Origin: Sporopachydermia quercuum
Taxonomy: Eukaryota
Length of the DNA: 64,000 bases
Assembly (NCBI GenBank): GCA_001599295.1
Contig: BCGN01000003.1
Location: 744,001 to 808,000 of the forward strand
Direction: 5' to 3'
Position numbers and translations under genes: made by a program
Notes under the pieces: generated by a model
The model's database searches: none
What the model saw: only the letters and a program-made list of their open reading frames with translations
Told to the model about the DNA's origin: nothing
In this document: positions 37,196-54,524 of the stretch, piece after piece
How the letters are laid out: the number at the start of each line of letters is the position of its first letter
How positions within the stretch are numbered: position 1 is the stretch's first letter

Positions 37196-37925
37196 TCAAC
37201 TCCAGAGCATTGGAAGAACTGACGTCTGCAAAGGATCACTGATAGGTAAAGGAACACTAGAGGCTTTCTGTTGATCAAGTGTGAAAAGAGATTCAATCAT
37301 GGAATCAAATGATTCTGGACCTCCAGCTATAGTATCCTTATCGCACGTTTCATGCCCTTTTTTCTTTTGAAACTGTTTCTCTAACACGTTATAATATCGG
37401 CTTGTATAATGTTCCCCATTGCGCGGATACGCTCCTATGTATCTATAGTCCTCAGAGTAGGAAATTGAGTAATGGCAAGTGCCAGCAGGTTGTACCAAGA
37501 CATCCCCTGAAGATAACGAGATTTTAATACCATTTCCAGTCATAGATGGTGATATTTCATCACCAAAGGCCATTATTGTTGACCCCGAAAACACTCCATA
37601 ACATTCATGACAATTGGGGTGATAATGAGGGTTCTTTATTCCAGGCCATGTACCCTAATCATATCTAAGTTAACTTGTTGAACATCAAATCAAAATCAAC
37701 TTTTCACATTTTTTTATAAGTTCTTACTTTATATTCCCATTCAGAATCTCTGAAAAATGCTATCAACTGAGCCTCTGTTATATCATCACTGAAGAAACTG
37801 CGGTATACAATCAAAGGTAAACTTTTCTTTTGATTAGAAAATCTAGTGGTAGGCAAATTATAGATTTCCACCGTTTTGTTCCCTTCAACTGCGATTTGAT
37901 TATCGAAATTATTGATATCTGACAT
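37196..37925 (-). CDS. YjlB-like cupin protein; exons 37925-37728, 37654-37196
   Basis: Joining two ORFs via a 73-nt GTAAGA..GTTAAC..TAG intron gives LPLIVYR..WEYK|GTW..PHYHPNCHECYGV..GDVLVQPAGTCH..IGAYP..VPLPISDP. Confidence 0.82.
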
Positions 37926-38706
37926 TTTGTCTGTTTCTGCTGTATCTGTTGGTGTTATTAAGCTTATTAGATAATCATTGAAGATTATTCAATAGTTAAG
38001 GTAAATACAGAAACCTGCTACGATAATAGTGGTGAATTGATAAAGATAATAGATCTATGGAAAGAAAAATAAATCTTCAAATATTCAGTACATTCAAAGG
38101 TTTGATGTTTGATATTTATATCTTCCTAACAACTGGATCAGTATGTCATATATCAAGAATGTCGATCAAACTACCGCCTATATATCAACCAAGGCATTCT
38201 CGGCCGTGTATGCTTCCCGCAGGTGAACAACTGAAATATTCTTTCACAAGCTGCTTAAAACGTAGCCAATCTCTAATTCCAGAACAAGTCTACAACCCTT
38301 ACTTTCGATGAGACACATTTGATAGTTAGTAAACAATCTATGTATGGCAGTAGCTATATTGGCTTTTAATCAGTAAAGCCATCAATCAATCGTTTCTTAT
38401 CAATTCTTACTACATTGCATAAAATGCGTCCATGTAATTCATGCATAATCTTACATCTTTGTGCATCCTCTTACTACATGTAGCATCCCAAAATGGCGAT
38501 CACATTCTCATATAAAAAAAATTCTCTTCTGTGGATATTAAATTACAACATCAAATCAACATGACAATGGTTCATCCAACAGCTATTTCATTTCAGATTA
38601 TAGTTTTGTAAATTGCAAGTTTTAAAATGTATATTTACTAGTTGTATTGATTCCTAGATTACCATATTGGCAGTTTGTTTTAGAATCATTAATCAGCAAT
38701 TGCAAA

Positions 38707-39181
38707 ATGCCTTCAAAGAATTCAATCAATAAACCCAAGCAAGGATTAAACGCTGCTAGAAAAGCAGCTAAACTCTCCAGGAAGCGAGCGGAGAGAGTAG
38801 CCGCTGAGAAATTAGGCAAATCAGGAGTTACAACCCTATCATTATCCAAGAAAAGAGCGAAGAAACTTGAACGAAATTTTCGATATGTGGAACAGCGAAA
38901 GAAAGAACGAGGAGGAGTTGTTGAAGAGGTCATGAAAGGTAAGTAATGAGAGATTGTTGGGAGCTATGGCATACGATGATTCCTTAAGTTTAATTTATTT
39001 AGAGGTCTTACACTAACATATTGTGATAGATGTGAATGATGATATCGTTATAAATCCTCAGGATAATCAACGGGTGGTGGTGAGAAAACTAGTTTGGTCT
39101 GCTATTGATAATTTTGTCTCATCCGGCTTCCAAATTAAAAGCGATGGTCCTGGTACTACTTTAGGAGGTCCTTGGTTATAA
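38707..39181 (+). CDS. ALB1: Shuttling pre-60S factor Alb1; exons 38707-38938, 39030-39181
   Basis: MPSKNSINKPK, LSKKRAKKLERN and spliced C-terminal GTTLGGP. Intron GTAAGT..CACTAAC..TAG. Confidence 0.92.
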
Positions 39182-40014
39182 ATAGTTATTATGGGTGTTA
39201 GAAAAGGTTTTAATTTCAATTTTATCTCTGTTTTTATAGGAATTCTGGTTTTTCTCTTGTATGGATATGAAACATGTTTTAGATCTATACGCACATGGGC
39301 AGTACCTCTTTCCTTCCAGACTTCAGACAACCATTACTTGTAAACTCACCAACATCATCGATGTCATTAGAAAGAACACCATCTCCTCTTGCCTATTTCT
39401 GCCTTGTTTATCAGCATTTATTGTAATTCTTGCGGACTTTACAACAATCTGTTCCATTGTTTACATCATAGATATGACTCTGGAGTGAGATCTAATGTTA
39501 TAGTATGGTTTTCTGATTAGATAATCCATTAATATCTAAGGTCAAGCAGAGTTNTTCTCTTTGTATGTCCACAACCAATTGTTTTTTCCACTTTTCCTCA
39601 TATTTGTAGTTNGAAGAAGTTTGAAGTTTGGCGTTCTACTCTGTACGTTACGAATATTTATTCGTCATATAACCTGCTTCACATGCTCTGCTGAACGTGT
39701 AACTGTGCTTTGATTGGATAGAGTTACGGTATGGTAAGTGTGGTTTAGATGAAAGCTATCTATAGTAAGAAGTAATTCTTACTATGGAGTGAATTCCAAA
39801 TAAGCCGGAGCGCTATTATTATTCATTTTCAGTGCTTGACATAGAAGAATTCCACATTCAAGAAAGTGTGTAGGATCTGATGGTATACTTATGCTTTTGG
39901 AAAGGAGTTATAGAGGTGGTTGATAGTAAGGATATGCTGTAAATGAATGCTATGAATAATGTTTACTTTATCTTAGATTGTATGTGTAGAATCTAAATAC
40001 GTTCTTCAGTAGAA

Positions 40015-41397
40015 TTACATAATGACTTCATCAGAAACATCATTCTTGATGTCTTTATGGGGGAGAACCACAGCGTTTCTGACTTTAACTTCGTCAGCAA
40101 CAGANACATTGGCTGACAAAATGGTAACACTTTCGGTCTTGATGCCATTTCTAACAATAGAAGTAGAATGTTGAGAAGGATTGATAGCAGTACCTTCAAC
40201 TCGAGCCCAAGCGCCAACTTTACAGTTTTGAGAGACAATAGAATGTAAAACGCAAGAATCGTGCTTGATTTCTGATTCGCCCAAGATAATACTGTCGTTA
40301 ATTCTAGCTCCAGGTCCAATGATGGTATTAGGTCCAATAGACACATTAGGACCTAATTTAGCAGTGGGATCAACAGTAGCTGTTGGATCAACATATACAG
40401 GAGGAACTATTTGAGCAGATGGATGAGCCAAATTTGGGTTCTTAGGTTCATTCTGGAACAATTGCTGTAAGTATAGAGCATTACCTGGTAAAGCAGAGCC
40501 AGCTGATTTGATTTGACGCCAGAAATCCTTGGTTTCGTAAACGTAAAATGATTTGGTTTCTGGTAATCTAGAAAGAATTTCGGTTTCCAACTTTAGGTTA
40601 TCAATATCAACATCTTCAGCATTTGATTCATCGTTTGCTCTTTGTTCATTTTCCTTCTTAGCTAAAAGAACTTGATCGAAAATAGATGTATCGAACAAAT
40701 AAACACCACCATTAATCAAATTGGAAATGTATGATTCAGGTTTTTCGACGTAATGAATGACCTGTTTCTTATCATTGGAAACAATAACACCATAACTACC
40801 TGCTTCTTCAATTGGAACTCTAGTGCCCATGATAACAGTTTTAGCCCCAGTTTGATCAAAAAAATCATTGATTTCGTTCAAAGGGAATGAACAGCAAACA
40901 TCTGCATGAATAACGTAAAACTTGGATGGATTTCCCTTGAGAATTTGATCTCTGAAATGATAAATACCACCAGCGGTTCCCATAGCTTTGAATTCTCTCA
41001 GGAACTTAATGGTCAACTTGGGGTATTTCTTGGATGTTTCCGAAATGAAATTTTGGAAAATGCTGTCATCGTAGAAACCAATCAATAAAATTTCCTTCAT
41101 AGAAGGAACTTTGGCAACTGCATCAATTGCATGAGACAACAATGGTTTTCCTGCAACTGGGAATAGAACCTTAGGAATATCAAGAGATAAAGGTCTGAAT
41201 CTTGTACCTCTTGTGTCACCACCTACCTGATGATCGTCATGTTAGTGTGTGTTTAAAATAAATCAATAACTGTCCTTCTGTAAGAACAATTGTTCTTACT
41301 AATAATACAATTGCTCAATGCCTAGACAAATAAATAGCTCTAGAATCTCCAATCCCTTTAATTATAGACTTACAAGAATAAGTGCTTTAGTTGACAT
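40015..41397 (-). CDS. PSA2: Mannose-1-phosphate guanylyltransferase alpha-type subunit (GMPPA/Psa2/Mpg2); exons 41397-41374, 41226-40015
   Basis: MSTKALIL|VGGDTRGTRFRPLS, GTAGGIYHFRDQI, ADVCCSFPL, FWRQIK, hexapeptide repeats. Confidence 0.9.
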
Positions 41398-42549
41398 CTC
41401 TTGTTGTGTGTAGTACTTGTTTGATTTCAGCTTTTTCAATACGGCAATGCTATCACTGTCGTTTGTTTAAGAATGTTTTTTTTTTCGAGCTTTAAAAATT
41501 TGATCTGCAATTTTCTACAAACTGATTGTTCACTTTCAGATAAATACAGTCGTCAGTCATTCTGCTGCCTTTATTATATTTGACACGACTATAATATCAT
41601 AGCCAAAGCATGGGTCAATCAAGATTTCCACTCTAACAGGAACTTCAAGGTGATAGTAACTGTCCGGGAAAAGTGTATCGGACAGGAGAGATGGAGAGAT
41701 GAAGAGAGGGATTGGTGTGTGATAACTACGTGCTCTTCGAGAGTTCATTATCTGAAAATATTCTTTTTATATTTAAACGGTACATTGATTATTATTCTTA
41801 ATGTCAGACTCTACTAAATTTTACAGCTGGTTATTAACTGTTAATTGAAGAATGTAACTGTGTCAATCGATTTATCCACGTGATACAGATGTCCCCAACC
41901 AGTTTAATGGGCATTTCATTTCATTTCAAATATCAAGAAGACGTGTCCATTTCAAATAAGAAAGAACAAAAGTGAATCAAAAAAGAATCTCATGTGCTTC
42001 ATTCGTATCATTTATTCTCATTTACCAATCTCTACTTACTATACTCTCCTCTTTTAAGTGATCGTATTTTACTACCTTCTTCATATCTTTCCATCTTGAC
42101 CGTTCTTCAAAACTGAACCTTCGGCCTCTGTCTCAATTATCCACTCAAACTAACTGCCCACGAGGTTCTTAAACCCAATATTACCCGATCACGTAATCTG
42201 TTATTTAAACTTCATTTAACCTTATGCACGTTCAATGCGCACCAACTTCTCCATACGCTTGCCCCTGTCACATGTCTTCTCTTCTAACAAGACCTCGTGA
42301 CAAAAACAAGACAAAAGTGAAAAGTTGAGTTCCAACCGTTGGTTTTTTTCAGTGACCCTTCATCGTTTATTTTCTCCTATAATGACCGCTATACATTGAA
42401 TCAACAATTCTTAACTACTCTTTCAACTAATAGCATTCACTACCAAACAAAATTACATTGTTTGCTAGCATTTGTTTTCACTCAGATATTTGGCCTGGTA
42501 TCAAATATCCTCTTATGTTACACTCAGTGTAATAATAGCAAAACGGTAA

Positions 42550-47334
<4,785 letters not shown>

Positions 47335-48541
47335 ATAAGTCTAAATACTCAGAGATAGGTTGATAGACCTTTACGCTTGGATATATGAAAGTGCCAGTAA
47401 TGATCTGGATGTTATTTGCCCCTGTTGTATGATTGTTTATAATTGTTGGTTGGNTATCTATAGTATTTCTAAGATTGTAAGAAGAGATCCTAAGTAAATT
47501 TTGAAATTTTTCATTAAATTCAGTAGGACTCTATTGAATAGGATATAACAATTGATTTAATCAATAATTGAAGGAAATGAACTGAATATTTCGGAAACGA
47601 TGGTTGATGAACGTGTAGTAGGCTTGTTATGGCTTCCGATATGTCTCTGTATTATGTAATCAGATACGCAGGACAAAACTAACGTTTGGGTGAGGTCGCT
47701 TTAAGGTTTGAGATGAAAACCTTAAAGCGCTTTGTAGTCGCACATACTACTGCTAGTAATCTTATAAGCCAAGCTATTCAAGACTTCTAGAGACAAAGAA
47801 AATCATTGTTTTCCTGAGTAGCTGCTTTATTTAGTTTCCTTTTTGTAAAGGAAATTAAAACTTAGTTTATCATATATGACACAGAGTATTAAATAGCAGT
47901 ACGCACTATGTGAAAATAAGGTGGTCTCCTAATGCAAGTTCATGCACTTACACTTTTCTGGATTTAACCGAGATAGTTGCCGAAGCCAATCCACTGGCTT
48001 CTCGATCTGTTTGCGAAGAGAATCTCTACGCCGACAATTCTTCTAATATAGCTCATTTCTCTCCCGATTCTCAAGTTACATCACAGCATTCCTTTTTCCT
48101 TTAGTATTACTTCATCTATTATTTTCTTCTCAGATACCTAAATTTTCACTGCTCGTATCAAAGTTTCATATGTACATAATTTTACATAAATCGCACATGA
48201 TTGCTCAAACTCTAAACTTGTGAGATAACAAATAGTCAAATAGATCATTCATTGTAGGAAAACTATTACTATTGATGAACTCAACTTTATTCTACTTTTT
48301 GACTTATCGGATCAACAAATTCTTTGGCTCCCTATTAGAAATCATCTGTCTGGAAGATATTGTACGAACTGCCTGCCTCATAGATTCATAGTTGATTTCA
48401 GTATCAGTTTTACAATATAATCAGCGAACTTGATTGGGATTCATTGTATTCTAGTTGCTCTATCCCTGTGACCTGCTATCTTCCATCATTGGTAGAAAAG
48501 TAGAAAAATAACTGTTTAACTTAACCATTATTTCGCCAACC

Positions 48542-50317
48542 ATGGAGGTATATACTTATTTCCGATCGCAACTTTCAAGTGCAATTGAATTCTTGCAATC
48601 TGATAAAATGGCTACCATTGCTACTATGGTTATGGGTGCTATGGGTGTAGGCATGATTTTGTTGTATCTACTTGTGACTGTACTGACAACTATCATAGGT
48701 AATCAACTAAGAACGCCAGCTTCAGGATGGACTTTATATCTGAAGAAGCTGTTAGCGGATGATAAATGGAATGGCTATATACCATCGAGTAAAATGGGGG
48801 TAAAAATTGGAGCGTATAGAAGAAGATTTGTTCTTGCCTCAGTTGACCCTAGCCGTTATTCATTATCCAAGCAGCACCTAACATTGAGAGTTATCCCTGA
48901 AGACCGCTCGCCAGAACAACGAAATTCTTTTTTCCAAGAGCTTCTACCTGCAAGATGGGATGATCCTTCTAGAAGAGTTATCTATGGTTATTTCCATCCA
49001 TACTGTAACGCTGGTGGTGGTGGTGAGAAGGTACTATGGACGGGAGTTAAAGCAACCTTGGATTTAAGTGATCGAAATATCTGTGCAATATATACCGGTG
49101 ATGAAGAAATTGGATCAGCAATACTGAAAAATGTGAAAAGCAGGTTTGGTATTGAGCTGGATAGCAAGCGTGTTGTTTTCATTTACTTGAGAAGGCGTTC
49201 TTGGGTTGACCCTTCATCATGGCCAAAATTTACGTTAATGGGACAAGCAATTGGATCAATTCTTCTTGCATTTGAAGCAATCACTGCATTACCCCCAGAT
49301 ATTTTTATTGACACTATGGGATACCCGTTTACTTATCCTTTGGTTTCTGGAGTTTTACATATCCCAATGGCGGCTTACGTTCATTTTCCTGTGATATCTC
49401 AAGATATGCTTACCAAATTATCAGTATCTCTCACCAGACCTTTCCAAATAGTCAAGTATATTTATTGGAAATTTCTCATGCTTCTATACACCTGGGCAGG
49501 TTCGTATTTGACACTTGCAATGACTAATTCAACGTGGACTTATAATCATATTAAGCAAATATGGTGGTTTGGTATTAGACATGGTGTTGATGTTGTCTAT
49601 CCTCCTTGCACTATTCAGAACCTAACCACTATCGATATAAGCAAACCACGTGAGAATCAGTTTGTTGTGTTAGCTCAATTCCGACCAGAGAAAAGACATT
49701 CCCTAATTATCGATGAATATGCTCAATTCTTGAAAAGGTTACCTAAGGACGTTGCTAAACCAAAGCTTGTGTTGATTGGATCAATCAGATTAGAAGACGA
49801 TAAAACCCGAGTTTATGAATTAAGGCTTCAAGCACGAGACTTGAACATATCTGACTATGTTGAGTTTATTCTTGATGCAGAATATGCAGTTGTCAAAGAA
49901 GAGTTAAGTAAGAGTGTTATTGGTATTAATGGTATGTGGAATGAGCATTTTGGCATTAGCGTAGTTGAATATTTGGCTTCTGGTGTTATTGCTGTATGTC
50001 ATGCATCTGCTGGACCGCTACTAGATATTGTCGTGCCATATAAAGGTAAGAATACTGGTTTTTTCTTTATATCGGATGAGGATCCACCCTCACCACCTTT
50101 GGATAAGGAATATCCTCATTTATGTGAAGCTTTGGAGAAAGCATATTTGACCTCGGAATCGGAAAAGAAACAGATTCGAGAAAGAGGAAGAAATGTCGCT
50201 TTAGAAAAGTTTCAAGAGGAAGTTTTCATAAGTTCTTGGGAACAGAGAATTGATGCATTGGGCAAATTAGAAGTGTTTGAGAGAAAGAAGAGATTAGAAG
50301 ATAAGAAGTTTGATTGA
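48542..50317 (+). CDS. ALG11: GDP-Man alpha-1,2-mannosyltransferase Alg11
   Basis: FHPYCNAGGGGEKVLW, DTMGYPF, AQFRPEKRH, MWNEHFGISVVE. The start may be 48608. Confidence 0.96.
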   Translation: MEVYTYFRSQLSSAIEFLQSDKMATIATMVMGAMGVGMILLYLLVTVLTTIIGNQLRTPASGWTLYLKKLLADDKWNGYIPSSKMGVKIGAYRRRFVLASVDPSRYSLSKQHLTLRVIPEDRSPEQRNSFFQELLPARWDDPSRRVIYGYFHPYCNAGGGGEKVLWTGVKATLDLSDRNICAIYTGDEEIGSAILKNVKSRFGIELDSKRVVFIYLRRRSWVDPSSWPKFTLMGQAIGSILLAFEAITALPPDIFIDTMGYPFTYPLVSGVLHIPMAAYVHFPVISQDMLTKLSVSLTRPFQIVKYIYWKFLMLLYTWAGSYLTLAMTNSTWTYNHIKQIWWFGIRHGVDVVYPPCTIQNLTTIDISKPRENQFVVLAQFRPEKRHSLIIDEYAQFLKRLPKDVAKPKLVLIGSIRLEDDKTRVYELRLQARDLNISDYVEFILDAEYAVVKEELSKSVIGINGMWNEHFGISVVEYLASGVIAVCHASAGPLLDIVVPYKGKNTGFFFISDEDPPSPPLDKEYPHLCEALEKAYLTSESEKKQIRERGRNVALEKFQEEVFISSWEQRIDALGKLEVFERKKRLEDKKFD

Positions 50318-50888
50318 TATCCAAGTTTCTGATCGTTTATAATAAATATCACATTCAATGACTTAATATTATAGAGACTGTTGAGACATTTTATTTAGGA
50401 TTGGTTAGTATATAGAATTAGTTGATACTGGAAAATGAGGTTTGACGAAGTGAGTTAGCGAGCTCTAAGCATAAGTATTTCCACAGGATTTATGAAAATT
50501 TGAAATCATCTTTGCCAGAATATCCACTAGCAGCCTTTTTTTTCAAACAAAAGCATATAATAATGTGGTTCAGAAGAAGAGTTCAAAAGGATTTCTCTCG
50601 TTGTATTCTGATGTTTTTATCACTTTTATCATGATTTAAGAGTAGTAATAAAACGTTATTCGCTAAGAAATAATGAAGGTAAATGAAAATAAAAATAACA
50701 ACAATTAAGATTGATGGTTCATGCATAAGGTTCTTAACTATGTCAATTTAGCTCCATTAACTCACTTTTAGCTAATTTGCGTAACTTTATTTGTAATTAA
50801 CTTCCATTATTTGACTAATTCGGAAATTTCGCATTAGACAGCAAGTATTAACTGACTGAAGAGAGTATTATATCATACATGCCATGTC

Positions 50889-50913
50889 AAAAAAAAAAAA
50901 AAAAAAAAAAAAA
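50889..50913. repeat. A25 homopolymer upstream of the MFS gene
   Basis: Seen directly in the sequence. Confidence 0.95.
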
Positions 50914-51495
50914 GATAAAGGTTTTCATGTCGTTAAAATACATCTGCTTGTCATAGTTTACCTAGTTTACCTATTCAAATACTAACTCTTCTTCATACTC
51001 ATTAACATCATGTTTATCCAATTGCGTTTACATATTACATAAGCATTCTAAAGGAGCTAATCGGCTGGATTATACTTCGTCATATATAAAATTTATTATT
51101 AGGATTATTCTTTTGCAAACTCTATTTTGCAATACAAGTAAATCCGAGATTTAATAAAACATTTATGACTTATCTCTATTCTTCATGTATACATTTGNTC
51201 GTACGAGTTGTTTGATTTCAATGAATGACTGATATCTTATTGATAGATTTGCACTTGTTGAAAAAGAAACAGTGATAAAGAGAATTAAATTGTCTTTCTT
51301 GTTGCTTGATCATTAAATTTCCTTTGCTCAGATTTCAAAATACATTTTACTCGATGCCTGCTGAAAACTAGGTATATCAAGTTTGCATTGAACAATCAAC
51401 ATTTACTGATCAATGACACCTTTCTACTCATCGTCTATGTAAAAACTATTCAATCAGTATATTCTCATTTTTATTACAGTACCTTTATTTTTACA

Positions 51496-53349
51496 ATGGT
51501 TGAAGATATTGCTTCGGATTCAAGTACTTCTGATGTTTTATCAGAAGAAGTTGCAATTCATGAAATGGTAGGTAATAGTCATTTAGCTGTTCCACGGTCA
51601 TATGATAACGGAAATGAGGATGATGATGATAATCCGATCATGAGAACAGTAAGTGGGAACTTCCAACCCGACACAATATCAATAATGACTGATGATGATA
51701 TTAGGAATGGACTAACTGAAGTACCGGGCGGAAGGTCAACTACAAGAAGCTCATCTTATTCGGTACAACGTTATGAAAGTTGGAACGAACCATACCCTTT
51801 CACCATATTTACTTCTAAAGAATGCAATTGCATAACGGTAGCTGCTGCTGCCGCAGCTTATTTTTCATCAGTATCTTCTCCAATATATCTGCCGGTGATT
51901 CCAGTGTTAGTAGAGAAATTTGATGTTTCAACAGAGCTAATTAATCTAACTGTATTCTGTTACTCGTTATTTCAAGGATTAGGACCAGCATTCATTGGCC
52001 CCATTTCTGATCTATTGGGGAGACGGCCAGTTATATTATCATGTTTTATCATATACATAGGAGCCAATATCGGCCTGGCACTTACAAATGTTTACTGGCT
52101 ATTGTTTTTCCTTCGGTGCATTCAGGCATTTGGTATTGCTCCTACAGTGGCAATTGGTTCAGCTATAGTTGGGGATATAACAAGAAGAGAGAACCGGGGT
52201 AGATACGTTGGAATATTCAGTGGGCTTAGCATCATTGGCAGTACCTTTGGTCCTCTAATAGGAGGTGCTTTGGCTACTTGGTTAGGTTGGAGAGCTATAT
52301 TCTGGTTCTTGGTGATACTAGGCGGTGCATCTTTTGCATTTAATTCTATTTTCTTACCAGAAACTAGACGATCAATAGTTGGAAATGGATCAGTTAAACC
52401 AAAACTCCGAATATCAAGAGCTCCCATAATGTATAGTTCTTGGCTGAGTCATAGAAACAACTATCGCAAAAATACTGATGAGAATGCTGATTTCGAAAGT
52501 TTAGAGAAAGGTAAACCTTTTAGACCTTTTCTAAGTTTATACTTATTGAAATTCAAAGAAGTTTACACTATTCTATTTCCAGCATCATTGCATTATTCCT
52601 GCTGGTTATGTCTACTAACTGCTATGTCAACATTACTAGCTGATCGTTATCATTTCACTACTATTAAGATCAGTGTTTGTTATTTGAGTGGTGGAGTGGG
52701 AGGTTTGCTTGGAAGTTTATCTTGTGGTTATGTTCAAGATTGGTATTATAAACGAACAATGGATGAATATAGAACAGCTATGAGTAAATATAAAGCTATT
52801 CCGAAAAATGATCGTGAGGGTATACTACGGCCAATTTTCAGTATCCATAAGGCAAGATTAAATCTATCAATTGTTCCATCTTTTCTTTCTTGTGCATGCA
52901 CTATAATATTTGGCTGGACTATTGCTGCTAAAACAAATGTTTCTGCTCCATTGATATGTGCCTTTTTTGTTTCTGTTGGTATGATTTATTACGTTGGAAT
53001 GTCAACTATACTGCTAGTTGACTTATTCCCTTCGTCGTCCTCAGCCTCAACTGGAACTATTAACTTGGCAAGATGTTTAATGGCTGCATTGTTTTTAATA
53101 TTTCTTGATAGAATGATATCTACAATGGGTTCTGGTGGTTGTTTTACATTCCTAGGTTCTATTTCTTTTGTTAGTAACATCATGGTTTATTATGGAGCAT
53201 ATAAAGGGCCTGAATGGGAGAAGCAAAGAAAGAAAGAGGAACAAGAGAATGAAGAGAAAACAGAATTGAAAAAAGAAAACAAAGAGCTTGGTACTAATGA
53301 GAAATTCAAATGGAGAAAACTTGTTAGTAAGTTTGCTAAGAAGGGATAA
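51496..53349 (+). CDS. DHA1 MFS multidrug transporter, Qdr1/Qdr2/Aqr1 subfamily
   Basis: SSPIYLP, SDLLGRRP, WRAIFWFL, PETRRSIVGNGS, NLARC; first ATG at 51496. Confidence 0.9.
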   Translation: MVEDIASDSSTSDVLSEEVAIHEMVGNSHLAVPRSYDNGNEDDDDNPIMRTVSGNFQPDTISIMTDDDIRNGLTEVPGGRSTTRSSSYSVQRYESWNEPYPFTIFTSKECNCITVAAAAAAYFSSVSSPIYLPVIPVLVEKFDVSTELINLTVFCYSLFQGLGPAFIGPISDLLGRRPVILSCFIIYIGANIGLALTNVYWLLFFLRCIQAFGIAPTVAIGSAIVGDITRRENRGRYVGIFSGLSIIGSTFGPLIGGALATWLGWRAIFWFLVILGGASFAFNSIFLPETRRSIVGNGSVKPKLRISRAPIMYSSWLSHRNNYRKNTDENADFESLEKGKPFRPFLSLYLLKFKEVYTILFPASLHYSCWLCLLTAMSTLLADRYHFTTIKISVCYLSGGVGGLLGSLSCGYVQDWYYKRTMDEYRTAMSKYKAIPKNDREGILRPIFSIHKARLNLSIVPSFLSCACTIIFGWTIAAKTNVSAPLICAFFVSVGMIYYVGMSTILLVDLFPSSSSASTGTINLARCLMAALFLIFLDRMISTMGSGGCFTFLGSISFVSNIMVYYGAYKGPEWEKQRKKEEQENEEKTELKKENKELGTNEKFKWRKLVSKFAKKG

Positions 53350-54524
53350 ATAATAGCTGATGTAGTTGTAGTTGTAGATAATAAGGCGTATAGGCTCAAG
53401 GTTATAATGCATTTGATGGTTTTCGAAATTATTTGGGACATGAGTTCTTTTGATCTATTATTGTAAATGTTTCCGGTATACTGCTTTTTGCTTCTTCGGC
53501 TATGTTTCCTTGATAGAATCACAAGACTCCTTATAGTCACTTGGTTTGTTCAGTTTGATCGTTGGTTATTGGTCATTATCTACCTTCACGTCCACTCCAT
53601 CTAAAATTTAACACCTTTTTCAGCTGTCTAACAGAATTTATGACTTTCCAACCAGTTGGCTTCTCAACAAAATATTTATCAATTAACAGATATTGAAATG
53701 GTAGTATCACTCTATTGTAATAGCACTCAATATATTTATTGTAACTTGTGAGACATTTATTTTTCCTGTACACATTTGATTAAGAATTACAAGGTGAAGA
53801 AGATTCATAATCACATGCATGCGAGAAATAAGACATTTCGGATATCATTGCTGTTATCATCATCTCCATAAGTAATTATCTCCGATACTTAATTCGGTAA
53901 CTTTGGATTACGTAACCAAAAAGTTGAAACGAATTGGATAGTAAGGATTCCTGACAGGAGAGGTTGGAGAGGTTACGCTAGCTAACTGCCTGTAATGTAT
54001 TACTTAGATTATTCATCTATGTACCAAATGCTGTAGAGGTATTGTCAAAGAACTGGAAGGATTCCTCATTACTTCCTTCTATATTAAAAAGGCTCTTTTC
54101 ATTATTCCTCTTCTTCACCTCAGTTAGTGATTCCTAACCATTTATAATCTGTGATTACATAATAATTATTTCAGATCATTGCTAGATTATGGATCATACT
54201 CTCCCTATTTCATCACGCATTTTTAGACTTTCCACTTAGAATCATCGTTTCTTTGTTGTGTGAGGTGTGTTGATTACCATCACATTTAACACATAGCAAC
54301 TATTGGTTTGTTGTTGTCTTCAACTGATTGTATTTCTAAATATATACGTTATTGGATTCAAGTAGAAACACTTAGTAGCTGGGTAATCAAATACCACATT
54401 TGTGTCCTCATTGCATAAATCTAAAGTGGTATTCTCGTTATACTATCACATAAAGTCCACAATATTGTTCCTTTATCTGTGGAATTGTAACGGGCTCAAT
54501 AAATATAATTTAGACCTTTTCAGC

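Noticed and set aside
50979..50985. TACTAAC upstream of the QDR-type gene (another at 33367)
   Set aside because: No matching donor/acceptor pair; shows that such hits arise by chance
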